From: Malacoraja senta
Lineage: Eukaryota
Direction of reading: 5' to 3'
NCBI GenBank assembly: GCA_038087875.1
Contig: CM075994.1
Location: 62,001-126,000, forward strand
Length of the DNA: 64,000 nt
In this document: positions 25,522 to 37,976 of the stretch, piece by piece
Layout of the letters: each line of letters opens with the position of its first letter
Numbering within the stretch: position 1 is the first letter of the stretch
The notes under the pieces: model-generated
Database searches by the model: none
Told to the model about the DNA's origin: nothing
The model's input: only the letters and a program-made list of their open reading frames with translations
Made by a program: the position numbers and the translations under genes

Positions 25522-26325
25522 CCATATCCCCCCAAACCTGTCCTATCCATGTACCTGTCTAATTGTTTCTTAAATGTTGCAATAGTCCCAGCCTAAACTA
25601 CTTCCTCCGGAATCTCATTCCATACCCCTACCAGCCTTTGTGTGAAAAAGTTACTCTTCAAACTTCTATTAAATCTTTCCCCTTTCACGTTAAACCAATG
25701 CCCTCTGGTTCTCGATTCCCCCACTTTGGGCAAGAGACTGTGTGTCCATCCGATCTACTCATTTCATGATTTTATACACCTCCATAAGATCACCCCTCCT
25801 TCTGTACTCCAAGGAATAGAGTTCCAGCTGCTCAACCTCTCCCTAAGGCTCATATCCTCGAGTGTTGGCAACATTCTCGTAGAACCTCTCTGTACCCTTT
25901 CCAACTTGACAACATCTTTCCTGTAACATGGTGCCCAGAACTGAACACAATAGTCTAAATGCAGCCTCACCAATGCAACATGACCTCTCAACTTCTATAC
26001 TCAATACTCTGACTGTTAAAGGCAAAATGTGCCAAAAGCCTTTTTGACCACCTTATCAATCAGTGACTCCACCTTCAACAAACTATGTACCTGCTCTCCT
26101 AGATTTCTCTGCTGTACAATACTCCCCAGATCCCTACCATTCACTGTGTAGGTCCTGCCCATGTTAAACCTTCCTAAATGCAACAACTCACAAGTCTCTG
26201 TGGTAAATTCCATCAACCATTCCTCAGCCGACCTGGCCAACCGATCAAGATCCTGTTGCCATTTTTGACATCCATCTTCACTATCTGCAAAACCACCCAC
26301 CTTTGTATCCTTCGCAAACTTGCAA
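25522..26325 (-). mobile_element. CR1-like LINE RT fragment
   Basis: Peptides KFAKDTKVGG and LHLDYCVQFWAP on the minus strand. Confidence 0.8.
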
Positions 26326-27487
26326 AATCTATTCACTTATTTGGCTTAACAAAATTTTTACAAAGGCCTGTGGATATGGCTGCCTTCAATATGTGTAGAA
26401 TGCATAAATAGTGGGGACCATCTTAATGATAAAATCCTTAGTTCAGAGTAATTTAGTGACCTGTTCAAAAAGAAAATCCTCACCTGCGCTTCCTACCATG
26501 GAGTAGAAAAGGTCAAATAAATATTGCAGATAGACACAAAGTGCTGGAATGACTCAGCGGGTCAGACAGCATCTCTACCGGGATCTTCTCTCCTCTCCCA
26601 TCGGGAAAAAGGTATAGAAGTATGAAAACGCACACCTCCAGATTCAGGGACAGTTTATACCCAGCTGTTATCAGGCAACTGAACCATCCTACCACAACAA
26701 GAGAGCAGTCCTGAACCACTATCTACGTCGTGGTAACCCTCGGACTACCTCTAATCGGACTTTACTGGCTTTACCTTACACTAAACATTATTCCCTTATC
26801 ATGTATCTGTACACTGTGGATCGCTGGATTGTAATTAAGTATTGTCTTTCCACTGACTGGTTAGCATGCAACAAAAGATTTTCACTGTACCTCAGTACCC
26901 GTGACAATAAACTAAACTGAACTGAACTGGATGCTGAGTTGGTGTGAGGAAAGAGGGCAAAATTGAGAGTGGGAATGCGTGATGGGGAAAAAGCAAGGCA
27001 TACCCACAGATATTTGGGATCAAGCACAAACATTTATTACATTGTGTTTTATGTCACATACAACATTGCTACAGATCAGTGGTAGAGCTACAGCCTTACA
27101 GCGCCAGAGACCCGGGTTTGATCTTGACTACCGGTGCTTGTTTTCCACGTGACCTGCACGTTCTCCACGTGACCTGCGTGGGTTTTCTCAGAGATCTTCG
27201 GTTTCTTCCCACATCCCAGAGACGTACAGGTTTGTAGGTGATTTGTTTTGGCGTAAATGTAAAATTGTTCCCAGTGTGTGCAAGGTAGTGTTAATGAGAT
27301 CACTGGTCGGTGCGGACTCGGTGGCTCAAAGTGCCTGTTTCTATGATGTATCTCTGAACTAAACTCAACTTACAGTAATTGAGCTTCAAGGCAATTAATA
27401 CAGGAAAAGAAATCATGCTTGGAAAATGTCGACTTAGCATACTGTCACCATCTCATTTAAATAATTACAAACCCTCTGGCTACTTAC

Positions 27488-27787
27488 CAATGACTTCAAG
27501 AGTTAGAATTCTGGTCCTCTGTGGGTCTAAGTCCACCGTCATTTTATAGTGGCCACTGTCTGCTTTACCAACATCTTTTAATTGAAAGGATCCATCTGAT
27601 ATGTTAACTTTAATTCGATTCTTGTACTTTTCATATATGATGATATTTCCTTCATGGACTAGGGTAATGGGGAGATTCCTGCTGGAATCTGAAAAGTCCC
27701 ATTTCAAATTGTTGAATTCCTTATCAGTTCCGGGGAATGGAATAGAGGAGCCTGTGGCAGCCAGCATGCTGTCTCTTGTCCACTGAG
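27488..27787 (-). CDS. Ig-superfamily (CD2/SLAM-like) gene, N-terminal IgV exon
   Basis: Acceptor gtcttgcag, donor G|gtaagt; 300 nt, phase 1-1. Encodes ...LKWDF...YKNRIKVNISDGSFQLKDVGKADSGHYKMTV...LTLEVI, a V-set domain with no cysteines. Confidence 0.92.
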
Positions 27788-27831
27788 CTGCAAGACAATG
27801 AATTAATACAAACAGTATCACACCTGAGATA

Positions 27832-28068
27832 TGTAGGAAGGAACTGCAGATGCTGGTTTAAACCAAAGATTTACACAAAAAGCTGGAGTAACTCAGTGAG
27901 TCAGACAGCATCTCTGGAGAAAAGGAATAGGTGACATTTCGGGTTGAGACCCTTCTTCAGACTCCTGAAGACTCCAGAGTCTGAAGAAGGGTCTAGACCC
28001 GAAACGTTACCTGTTCCTTTTCCCCAGAGATGCAGTCTGAGCCGTTGAGTTACTCCAGGTTTTTGTGC
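27832..28068 (-). mobile_element. PLE-derived palindromic element
   Basis: Two opposed CTGAAGAAGGGTC..ACCCGAAA cores, flanked by the near-direct repeat ACACCTGAGATA / ACATCTGAGATA. Confidence 0.75.
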
Positions 28069-28867
28069 CACATCTGAGATAGATGAACACACCCACGTAG
28101 ATGTTCAGTGTTTACCTTAGCTACCAGACAGTACTAATAGTAAAGAAAGTGTATAGTAAGCTTCCCCATTGGTTGGGGCATTGGGTATAAGAGTCATGAA
28201 GTCAGCTTGCAGCTTTATAAAACCATTGTTAGGCCACATTTGGAGTATTGCATGTAGTTCTAGTCGCACCTTGTACAGGAAGACGAGATTGGACAAACTT
28301 GGATTATTTTCTATGGTACATGAGATGTTGATGAGAGACCCGATTGAAGTATCTAAAATAGTGAGAGGCATTGATAGGTTAGACAATCAGAACCCTTTTC
28401 CCCCAGGTGGAAATGTCAAAGACTAGAGGACATAGCTTTAAGGTGAGGGGGGGGACAAAGTTTAAAAGAGATGTGTGGGGCATGGTTTTTGACAACAACC
28501 TATCCCTCAGAGTCAACAAGACAAAAGAGCTAGTTATTGACTTCAGGAAGTACATGCCCAATCAGCTACAAGACAATGAATTAATTTAAACAGTATCACA
28601 CCTGAGATATGTAGGAAGGAACTGCAGATGCTGGTTTAAACTGAAGATTGACACAAAATGCTGGAGTAACTCAGCGAGTCAGATAGAATCTCTTGCGAAA
28701 TGGAATAGGTGACATTTCGGGTCGAGACCCTTCTTCAGACTTCTGAAGACTCCGGAGTCGGAAGAAGGATTTCAACCCGAAACGTCACCTATTCCCGAGT
28801 ACATGCCCAATCAGCATCAATGGTGCTGAAGTGGAAATGGTTGAAACTTCATCTTCCTGGGTGTAAA

Positions 28868-29173
28868 GGGCAGCAGGATGGCACAGTGGTAGATTTGCTG
28901 CTTTACAGTGCCAGAGACCCGGGTATGATCCTGACTATGGATGCTGTCTGTACGGCGCTAGTACATTCTCCCCAAGGGTTTTCTCCAAGAACTTCAGTTT
29001 CCCCTCACACTCCAAAGACTTACAGGTTTGTAGGTTAATTGGCTTGGTATAAATGTAAATTGTCCCTAGTTTGTGTCGGAAAGTGTTAATGCGAGGGGAT
29101 CGCTGGTTGGCGTGGACTCGGTGGGCCGAAGGGCCTGTTTCCGTGCTGTATCTCTAAACTAAACTAAAACTAA
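28868..29173 (+). mobile_element. tRNA-derived SINE
   Basis: Same family as 4066-4371. Confidence 0.8.
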
Positions 29174-29705
29174 ATATCTCCACCAATTTTTCCTGGACTA
29201 ACCAACCACATTGAAGATTGTAGATTTTGATTAAAATGAAAATGAAAGTTGAAGATGGAAGAACAAAGTAGCACATCATCACCTCCACTTCTTCAAGAGA
29301 CAAAGGACAAGTTCAGTCTATCTCCAATAACTCTTATCAATGTCTACAGATGCACAGTATAAAGCATACTATCAGGTACAAATTAGTCATCGGCAGCTGA
29401 GGGAATACCTGATAGAAGTTTGTAAAATTGTGAAAGGCATACAGTGCCCTCCATAATGTTTGAGACAAAGTCACATCATTTATTTATTTGCCTCTGTACT
29501 TCACAATTTGAGATTTGTAATAGAAAAATCACATGTGGTTAAAGTGCATATTGTCAGATTTTAATAAAGGCCATTTTTATACATATTGGTTTCAACATGT
29601 AGAAATTACAGCAGTGTTTATACATATTTCATTTATAAATCACATGTGGTTAAAGTGCATATTGTCAGATTTTAAGGGCACCATAATGTTTGATGCACAG
29701 CAATG

Positions 29706-31222
29706 CAGGGCCCTCACTTAACTTTTTTTCCCTGTTGCCAGTCGGGCAACCTCGGCAGGTTTTTAGGTTGCCAAATGACAGTTTAGGTGGTAATTTAAGA
29801 CGGCTTGCATGATGCGTGAAATAATGTGCTCGGACGAAGTGCGTAGTTACCAGTCGGAATTATGGTCAATGAAGCAATCACATATTATTTCTGCTTCAAA
29901 TAAATTCACAAACTAAACATATTCACCAATCAAGACATGATCTATACCACAATGACATGCAGTAAAATTAAAATACAGTATCTCATCTCTTTTTACACGT
30001 GCAATTAATGCAATGCTATTATTTCTTTCCACTTCCAAACAAAAATCTGGTTGGATTATTCAGCGTTTGATCAACCTTGGTGAGACCAAGTGCAGGCTTG
30101 GCGATCGCTTCGCATAACACCTCCATTCAGTTCGCCATAACCAACCTGATCTCCCGGTGGCTCAGCACTTCAACTCCCCATCCCATTCCGAATCCGACCT
30201 TTCTGTCCTGGGCCTCTTCCATGGCCAGAGTGAGGCCCACCATAAATTGGAGAAGCAGCACCTCATATTTTGCTTGGGTAGTTTACACCCCAGCGGTATT
30301 AACCTCCAATTTCAAGTAGTCCCTGCTTTCTCCTCCACATCCCAGCTCTCCCTCAGCCCTCTGCCTCCGCCTCTTCCTTTCTTCTTCCCGCTCGCCCCCC
30401 CCACCTCACATCAGTCTGAAGAAGGGTCTCGACCCGAAACATCGCCTATTTTCTTTGCTCCATAGATGCTGCCTCACCCGCTGAGTTTCTCCAGCATTTT
30501 TGTCTACCCATTCACACAAGTTCCGTTATCCCACTTTCCTCACCCACTCCCGACACATTCGGGGCAATTTTACAGAGACAAGTTAACCTACAAAGCCAAT
30601 GCGTCTTTGGGATGTGGGAGGAAACCCACACGCTTGCAGGGAGAATGTGCAAATTCAACACAGACAGTGCCCGAGGACAGGATCGAACACAGATCTCTGG
30701 CGTGTGAGGCAGCAAGTCCACCAGCTGTGCCACTATATTTTATTTTCCAACACACACAAAATTATACGTTGATATCTTTGGTTATAAAAAAAAAGAAACT
30801 ATCCATTTTCAGTCTTAAATATCTAAGTGACGCTATGTCCCCCCTTTACAGCTACTATATGTTTTAATTCAGTTCAAGACTATGGGGCAGTACATTGGCC
30901 ATAAAGTTGCTGCCTGAAATTGCCAGAGACTCAGAATTGATCCTGAATATCGGTGCTGTCCGTATGGAGTTTGCTCCTTTTCCCTTTGATCGCATGGGTT
31001 TTCTCCGGGTGCTCTTGTTTCCTTCCACATTCCAAAGGTGTGCAGGAACCTTTTTCAGACCCAACCCAAAACATAATATTTTCTTTTTGTCCAGAGATTC
31101 TGTCCGACCTGTTGATTTACTCCAGCTTTTTGTGTCAATCTTCAGTTTAAACCAGCATCTGCAGTTCCTTCCTACATACACAATACTATTCGATAGAACT
31201 TTATTAATCCCAGGAGGGAAAT

Positions 31223-31253
<31 letters not shown>

Positions 31254-32489
31254 TATACCCACACACACACATGTATATATACTTATATAGTTACATATTC
31301 ATATATAAGTACTATGTTTACATATTCTGTTGTGCTGCTGATAGTAAGGATTCCGTTGTTCTAACTGGGACACGAGAGAATAAAACTCTTGACTTATGTC
31401 GGTAATGTGTGGGATAGAACTAGTGTACGGGTGGTCGGCGCGGACTCGGTGGGCCCAAGGGCCTGTTTCCACGCTATATCTTTAAATTAAACTAAAAACA
31501 CTAACACCAGAGGAAATCTAAAGAAAGGTCTCTACCCGAAACGTCACCCAATTTCTTCTATCCAGAGTTGCTGGCTGCTCCATGGAGTTCCCCCGCACAA
31601 TTAAAGCATGGAATAGTCTTCACCCTACTATAGTCACCCAACCAGACGCAACTAAATTTAAGGTCACTCTTGTTTCCCCCAAGAACCCTTTTTTGCTTTA
31701 GTCCAAGTCAAGAGTCAAGAGAGTTTTGTTGTCATGTATCCCAGATAACACAATGAAATTCTTGCTTGCTGCAGCACAACAGAATATGTAAACATAATAC
31801 AGAACAGGAGATAAAAGTTCAGTGTGTCTATATACCATAGACCATATATATACACAATAAATAAACAGATAAAGTGCAATAGGCTGTTATTTTTCAGTGT
31901 TTGGAGTTTGGTGGTGGTGGGTCCATGACAGTTTAAATTCCATTTGGAATATTTTTGGATAACCAGGAAACCAAGAAGCAAGAGTTACTCCAGGGAGTTT
32001 CTCCAGCTCCAGGGAGTGATTCTGCGTTGGTTTTCAGCGGTCGCGGCGAGGCGGCAACCGGACAGCAATGGTGGCCAGATCTCCCACAATGCAAAGGGAG
32101 GGAGAAAGTGCCCAACGCTGACCAGTTGCCGTGGCAGTGCGCATGTGCAGGGCGGCACATGCGCACAACCACGGTCGATGATGTGCTGGCCGTGGTTGTG
32201 CGCATGTGCAGGGGAGGATGTGCAGTCCGTGGCAGTGCGCATGTGCAAGGCGGCCGGCCGTGCCGGCGGATGAGAAGCGAGCGGAGAGCGGACACCCGGA
32301 CAGGGATACGGATGGCGTGCAGAGACGGAGAGTGACAGACAAGAGAGATAGAGAGGGGGACCCGCTCAGAATTAAACGATAGGTGTCCTGGGTGCTTGCC
32401 AAGCCGGGCAATATTACACGAGTTTTATGTTGCCCGGCGGGATGTTACGTCGCCATTGGCACCCGGGCAACCGCTAACTTCGAGCCCTG
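29706..32489. mobile_element. hAT5-like non-autonomous DNA element (5-bp TSD)
   Basis: CAGGGC...GCCCTG termini flanked by CAATG at 29701-29705 and 32490-32494. Confidence 0.7.
30075..30510 (+). mobile_element. PLE 3' fragment with hammerhead-like core
   Basis: Peptide AQHFNSPSHSESDLSVLGL; core CTGAAGAAGGGTCTCGACCCGAAAC at ~30416-30440. Confidence 0.8.
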
Positions 32490-33404
32490 CAATGCCATGA
32501 AAATGAAAGTAGTCATGTTCAGTATTTTGTCGCATACCCTTTGCCTGCAATGACTGCTTGAAGTCTGCGATTCATGGACATCACCAGTTGCTGGGTCTCT
32601 TCTCTGCTGATGCTCTGTCGGGCCTGTATTGCAGCCATCTTCAGCTTATGCTTGTTTTGGGGGCTTGTCCCCTTCAGCATATAACAGGCATGCTCAATTG
32701 GGTTCAGATCGAGTGATTGACTTGGCCACTCAAGAATTGACCATATTTAAGCTTTGAAGAACTCCTTTGATGCCTTAACAGTATTTTTCTTTAATAGAGA
32801 AAATTCTTCTGTCATCAGCTGTGGAGGTCTTCCTTGGCCTGCCAGCCCCTTTGTGATTAGTAAGCTCACCAGTGCTCGCTTTCTTCTTAATGATGTTCCA
32901 AACTGTGGATTTTGGGAAGCCTAAGGTTTGGCTGATGTCTCTGACAGTTTTATTCTTGTTTCTCAGTCTCATAATGCCTTCTTTGACTTTCATTGGCACA
33001 ACTCTGGTCCTCATGTTGATAAACAGCAATAAAAGTTTCCAAAGGTGATGGAAAGACTAGAGGAAAGACTAGGTGCTGAGAGCTCTCTTACACCTGCATT
33101 AAGGAGGCATTTGAACACACCTGAGCAATTACAAACACCTGTGAAACCATGTGTCCCAAACATTATGCTGCCCTGAAATGGGGGGACTATGTATAAACAC
33201 AGCTGTAATTTCTACATGGTGAAAGCAAAATGTATTAAAAAACATTTAAATAAAATCTGATAATGTGCACTTTAACCACATGTGATTTTTTTCTATTACA
33301 AATCTCAAATTGTAGAGTACAGAGGCAAATAAATAAATGATGGGTCTTTGTCCCAAACATTATGGAGGACACTGTAAGTAGACAGACAGAACCTTTATTC
33401 CTAG

Positions 33405-34032
33405 GGTGCAAATGTCAAAGACGAGTAAACATGACTGGTCCAGGAACGCCGAGGCCCTGTACAAGAATAGACAGAGCCGGCTGTACTTTTTGAGAAGTCT
33501 CTGCTCCTTCAACGTCTGCACTAACATGCTGCGGATGTTATACAAATTGGTGGTGGCCAGTGCCATCTTCTTTGCTGCCATATGCTGGGCCAGCAGGGCA
33601 AGGCCACGGACGCCAACAGGTTTAACAAGCTCATCAGGAAGGCTGGCTCCATCCTGGGCATGGAGGTGGATTCATGGGATGAGGTCTTGGAGGGAAGGAT
33701 GCTCCTCAAACTGTGGAGCGTCTTGGACAATACAGCTCATCCTCTCCATGACACTCTGGGCAACCTGAGTAGCACCTTCAGCAACAGACAGGTTCCACCA
33801 AGATACAGTACAGAATGCCACAGGAGATCCTTCTTTCCTGTGGCTATCAAACTGTACAACTCTTCCCCCTTCTGTCGTGAGCTAGACTGACTCTCCTCCC
33901 ACCCCCAATCTTTCCACATCCCCAATCCTTTCCACTTCACCTTAATTTCATGTTTCATGTATCTTGTGTTTTATGACTGTTGGCAGATCAATTTCCCTCC
34001 TGGGATAAATAAAGATCTATCGTATCGTATCG
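33405..34032 (+). mobile_element. Rex1/Babar-like LINE 3' end
   Basis: Peptides QSRLYFLRSL and RRSFFPVAIKLYN; (ATCGT)n tail. Confidence 0.8.
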
Positions 34033-34268
34033 CAGAGGACTGAGTGTGAAGGTCAGATGGGGGAAGTTTCACGAAGAAAGGATTAGTATAATTTGGGATC
34101 ATGTTTGACACAGACATCAGGCCCTAACATCAAGGACCTGTTCCTATGCTCTACTGTTCAATTTAGAATTATATTTCTGCAAATGCATTTTCTTTTTTTC
34201 CCAACTTGAACAGTCTTGAGCCAGATTGCAGTCACCGCCTGCTTACAGAGACTCAGAAGTAATTTTAC

Positions 34269-34329
34269 CTGAAACTCTGTTGCTGAGAAGTTGCATAAGG
34301 CAGAGGATAGAACAGCCAAAGGTCATCAT
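34269..34329 (-). CDS. Ig-superfamily (CD2/SLAM-like) gene, signal-peptide exon
   Basis: ATG at 34329 gives MMTFGCSILCLMQLLSNRVS-G|gtaaaa; 61 nt with a phase-1 donor that matches the IgV exon. Lies in non-repeat DNA, with a polypyrimidine acceptor upstream at 34411. Confidence 0.72.
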
Positions 34330-36092
34330 TATGTAGAGGAGCTGGTGCTATCAGCTTATTCAAATAACGGAATTGGGTCACGAAGGTAGCCTGGTAACTT
34401 CATCTGAGAACTGAGAGAAGGAAAAGGAGCAATATATCATACATAGCACACATTATAATTTATATTTAGATGAGAGGAACTCAGAGGGTCGGGCATATGT
34501 GGAGGGAGTGGGGAGATGGTGTTTTGGGTGGGACTGTTTTATTGATGAGGGCAGTGTTGCTGATATGATTTACATGGGCTTCTGCAAGGCCTTCAACAAG
34601 GACCCACACACGGAAGACTGGTTGAAAAGATTAGAGCCCTTAAGATACGGCAAGTCGTCATTTTCAATCAAAATACTAGTGCGGTAAAGGAGACAAAGGA
34701 TAAAGGTGGTGATGCAAGAACTACATCTCCATCTGCAACAACTGCATCTGAACAAAACCATGCTGACTATCCCTAATCAGCCCTTGTCCATGTAAATGCA
34801 TGTGTATCCTATCCCTCAGAATACTTTCCAGTAACTTTCCAACTACAGATGTTATTTGTGGCCCATGGCTCTTTACTTGTGACCAGAGCCTCAATTTACC
34901 TCATCATCCAAAATTCCTTCTGCTCACCTGCCTTGCCCTTAACTCCAACAGGAATGTGCAAGCCCTGGACTCCTGTCAGCACACTTATAAAAACATCCCA
35001 CTTTCCTGACATTCCTTTTCTTTCAAACAACCTACTCCAATCAACTTGAGCGGGTCCCTCTCTCAGACCTCAAAGTTGGCCTTACCACAATTTAGCATTT
35101 AACATGTGGGCCCTCTCTGTCCCTATCCATAACTATCTTGGACTTAATTGAACAGTGGTCACTGATCCCAAAAATCACATCCATGAACACTTCATCAACT
35201 TGCCCCTCCCAATTTCCCAAGACTAGATCAAGCATTGCCCTCTCCTGTGTGGGGCCCTCTACATATTGCTGGAGAAAACTCTCCTAAACATTTTGACAAA
35301 TTCCACCCTGTCTAAACGTTTCACACTAGAATATTCCCATTCAATATTGGGAAAGGTTCCAGTTCTCCTCTGGGCAATTGTCTGGGCAATATCAATGTTG
35401 ATACTTTGAAGTAATTATATTAATATAATTTGAACTGCAATGACTGAAATAAATAAAAGATAAAGAGACACAATAGAAACTGCAGATGCTTGAATGTTCC
35501 ACAAAAAAGAAAGTGCTGGAGTAACTCAGCAGGTCAATCACCATCTATAGAGGAAATAGACTGGTAATGTTCAGGCCAGGACCCTTCTTCAGATTGAAGA
35601 CATTTAAATTAGAGATAATATTTTAATATTGAATACAGATTTAGAAGGCAGTCTACAGGAGACAAATCTTAACATTTACATCTGATGAGGGAAATAATTG
35701 GCTTAAGTCATGCCATATGAAGAAGGCATCAATGGGGCCAAGTATATTAAAATGAAATTAAAACTAAACTGAAGATTCTGGAAATGTTAAATTAAAAAAA
35801 AAAATGTGGTGACACTCAGCGGGTCAGGCAGAGAAACAGTTCAAGTTAATGACTTTTCGTTCGGACTGGGAAAAGAGAAAAATGGGAGAGAGGAGATGCA
35901 AAGTAAAAACAGAAGATGATGGAAATACTCAGTAGATCAGACTGCATTTGTGTGAAGAGAAACAGAGTTAAAGGTGTTGGAGAATTGACGGTACAAAGTA
36001 ATATCAGTTATAGAGAGAGGCAGGGCTGCTTTAGGATGAACTGTACAGATCCTACAGTGGATTATAGTCGCACAGCTGGGAAATGTCCGTCT

Positions 36093-37777
36093 TGGATCCG
36101 TCTTCACTAAGGAAGTCACAAACAATCTCCCTGATGTACTAGTGGCCAGAGGATCTAGTGTGACGGATGAACTGAAGGAAATCCACATTAGGCGGGAAAT
36201 GGTGTTGGGTAGACGGATGGGAATTAAGGCTAATAAATCCCCAGGGCCTGATGGTCTGCATCCCAGGGTACTTAAGGAAGTGGCTCTAGAATTGGTAGAC
36301 GCATTGGTGATAATTTTCCAATGTTCAATAGATTCATGATCAGTTCCTGTGGATTGGAGGGTAGCTAATGTTATCCCACTTTTTAAAGAGAGGTGGGAGA
36401 GAAAAAACAGGGAATTATAGACCAGTTAGCCTGACAATGGTGGTGGGGAAGATGCTGGAGTCAATTATAAAATATGAAATAGCGGTACATTTGGATAGCA
36501 GCAACAGGATCGGTTCAAGTCAGCATGGATTTACGAAGGGGAAATCATGCTTGACTAATCTTCTGAAATGTTTTGAGGATGTAACTGGGGAAATGGACAA
36601 GGGAGAGCCAGTGGATGTGGTGTACCTGGACTTCCAGAAAGCATTTGAGAATAGTGGGCAAAATTAGAGCACATGGTATTGGGGATAGGGTGCTGACATG
36701 GATAGAACATTTTTGAGACAGGAAACAAAGATTAGGGATTAATGGATCCCTTTCAGAATGGCAGGCAGTGACTAGTGGGGTACTGCAAGGCTCAGTGCTG
36801 GGACTGCAGCTATTTACAATATATATTAATGATTTAGATGAAGGGATTAAAAGTAACATTAGCAAATTTGTAGATGACACGAAGCTGCGTGGCAGTGTGA
36901 ACTGTGAGGAGGATGCTCTGAGAATGCAGGGTGACTTGGATAGGTTGGGTGAGTGGGCAGATGCATGGCAGATGCAGTTAATCTGGATAAATGCGGTTAT
37001 CCACTTTTGGGGCAAAAAAATATCAGATTTGTGCCAAGTTGGGAAAAGGGGATGTACAACGAGATCTGGGGGTCCTTGTTCATCAGACACTGAAAGTAAG
37101 CATGCAGGTACAGTAGGTATTGAAGAAAGTGAATGTCATGTTGGCCTTCATAACAAGAGGAGTTGAGTATTGGAGCAAAGAGGTCCTTCTGCAGTTGTAC
37201 AGGGCCCTAGTGAGACCACACCTGGAGTATTGTGTGCAGTTTTGGTTTCCAAATTTGAGGACGGACATTCTTGCTATTGAGGGAGTGCAGCGAAGGTTCA
37301 GCAGGTTAATCCCCGGGATGGCGGGACTGTCATATGTTGATAGAATGGAGCGGCTGGACTTGTATACTCTGGAATTTAGAAGGATGAGAGGATATCTTAT
37401 TGAAACATTTAAGATTATTTAGGGTTTGGACACCCTAGAGGCAGGAAACGTGTTCACTATGTGGTGATAGTACAGAACCAGGGGCCTCAGTTTAAGAAAA
37501 AGGGGTAAGCCATTTAGAACGGAGATGAGGAAACACTTTTTCACACAGAGGGTTGTGAATCTGTGGAATTTTCTGCCTCAGAAGGCAGTGGAGGCCAATT
37601 CTCTAGATTCGTTCAAGAGAGATTTAGATAGAGCTCTTACAGATAGCAGAGTCAGGGGATATGGGGAGAAGGCAGGAACGGGGTACTGATTGTGGATGAT
37701 CAGCCATGATCATAGTGAATGGCGGTGCTGGCTCGAAGAGCCGAATAGCCTACTCCTGCACCTATTGTCTATTGTCT
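36093..37777 (+). mobile_element. CR1/HER1-like LINE RT and 3' UTR (decayed)
   Basis: Same family as 13072-15155, with multiple frameshifts. Confidence 0.9.
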
Positions 37778-37976
37778 AAATAACTCCAGCCCAACTTGCC
37801 CTTTACGGGGATGGTGCCGGAACTTTTAAGAGGATGTTGCCAGAACTAGAGGGTATGCGCTATAGGTAGAGGTTGAGTAGGCTGGGACTCTATTCCTTGG
37901 AGAGCAGGAGGATGAGGGGTGATCTTGTAGAGACGTATAAAATCATGAGAGGAACAGATCGGGTAGATGTGCTGAG

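Larger units (their letters stand above)
29442..33374 (-). mobile_element. Tc1-like DNA transposon (internally deleted, with nested inserts)
   Basis: TA|CAGTGCCCTCCATAATGTTTG ... CAAACATTATGGAGGACACTG|TA with ~200-bp TIRs. Transposase HTH at 32775-33029 includes RDISQTLG..KSTVWNIIKK and GRPRKT. Confidence 0.92.
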
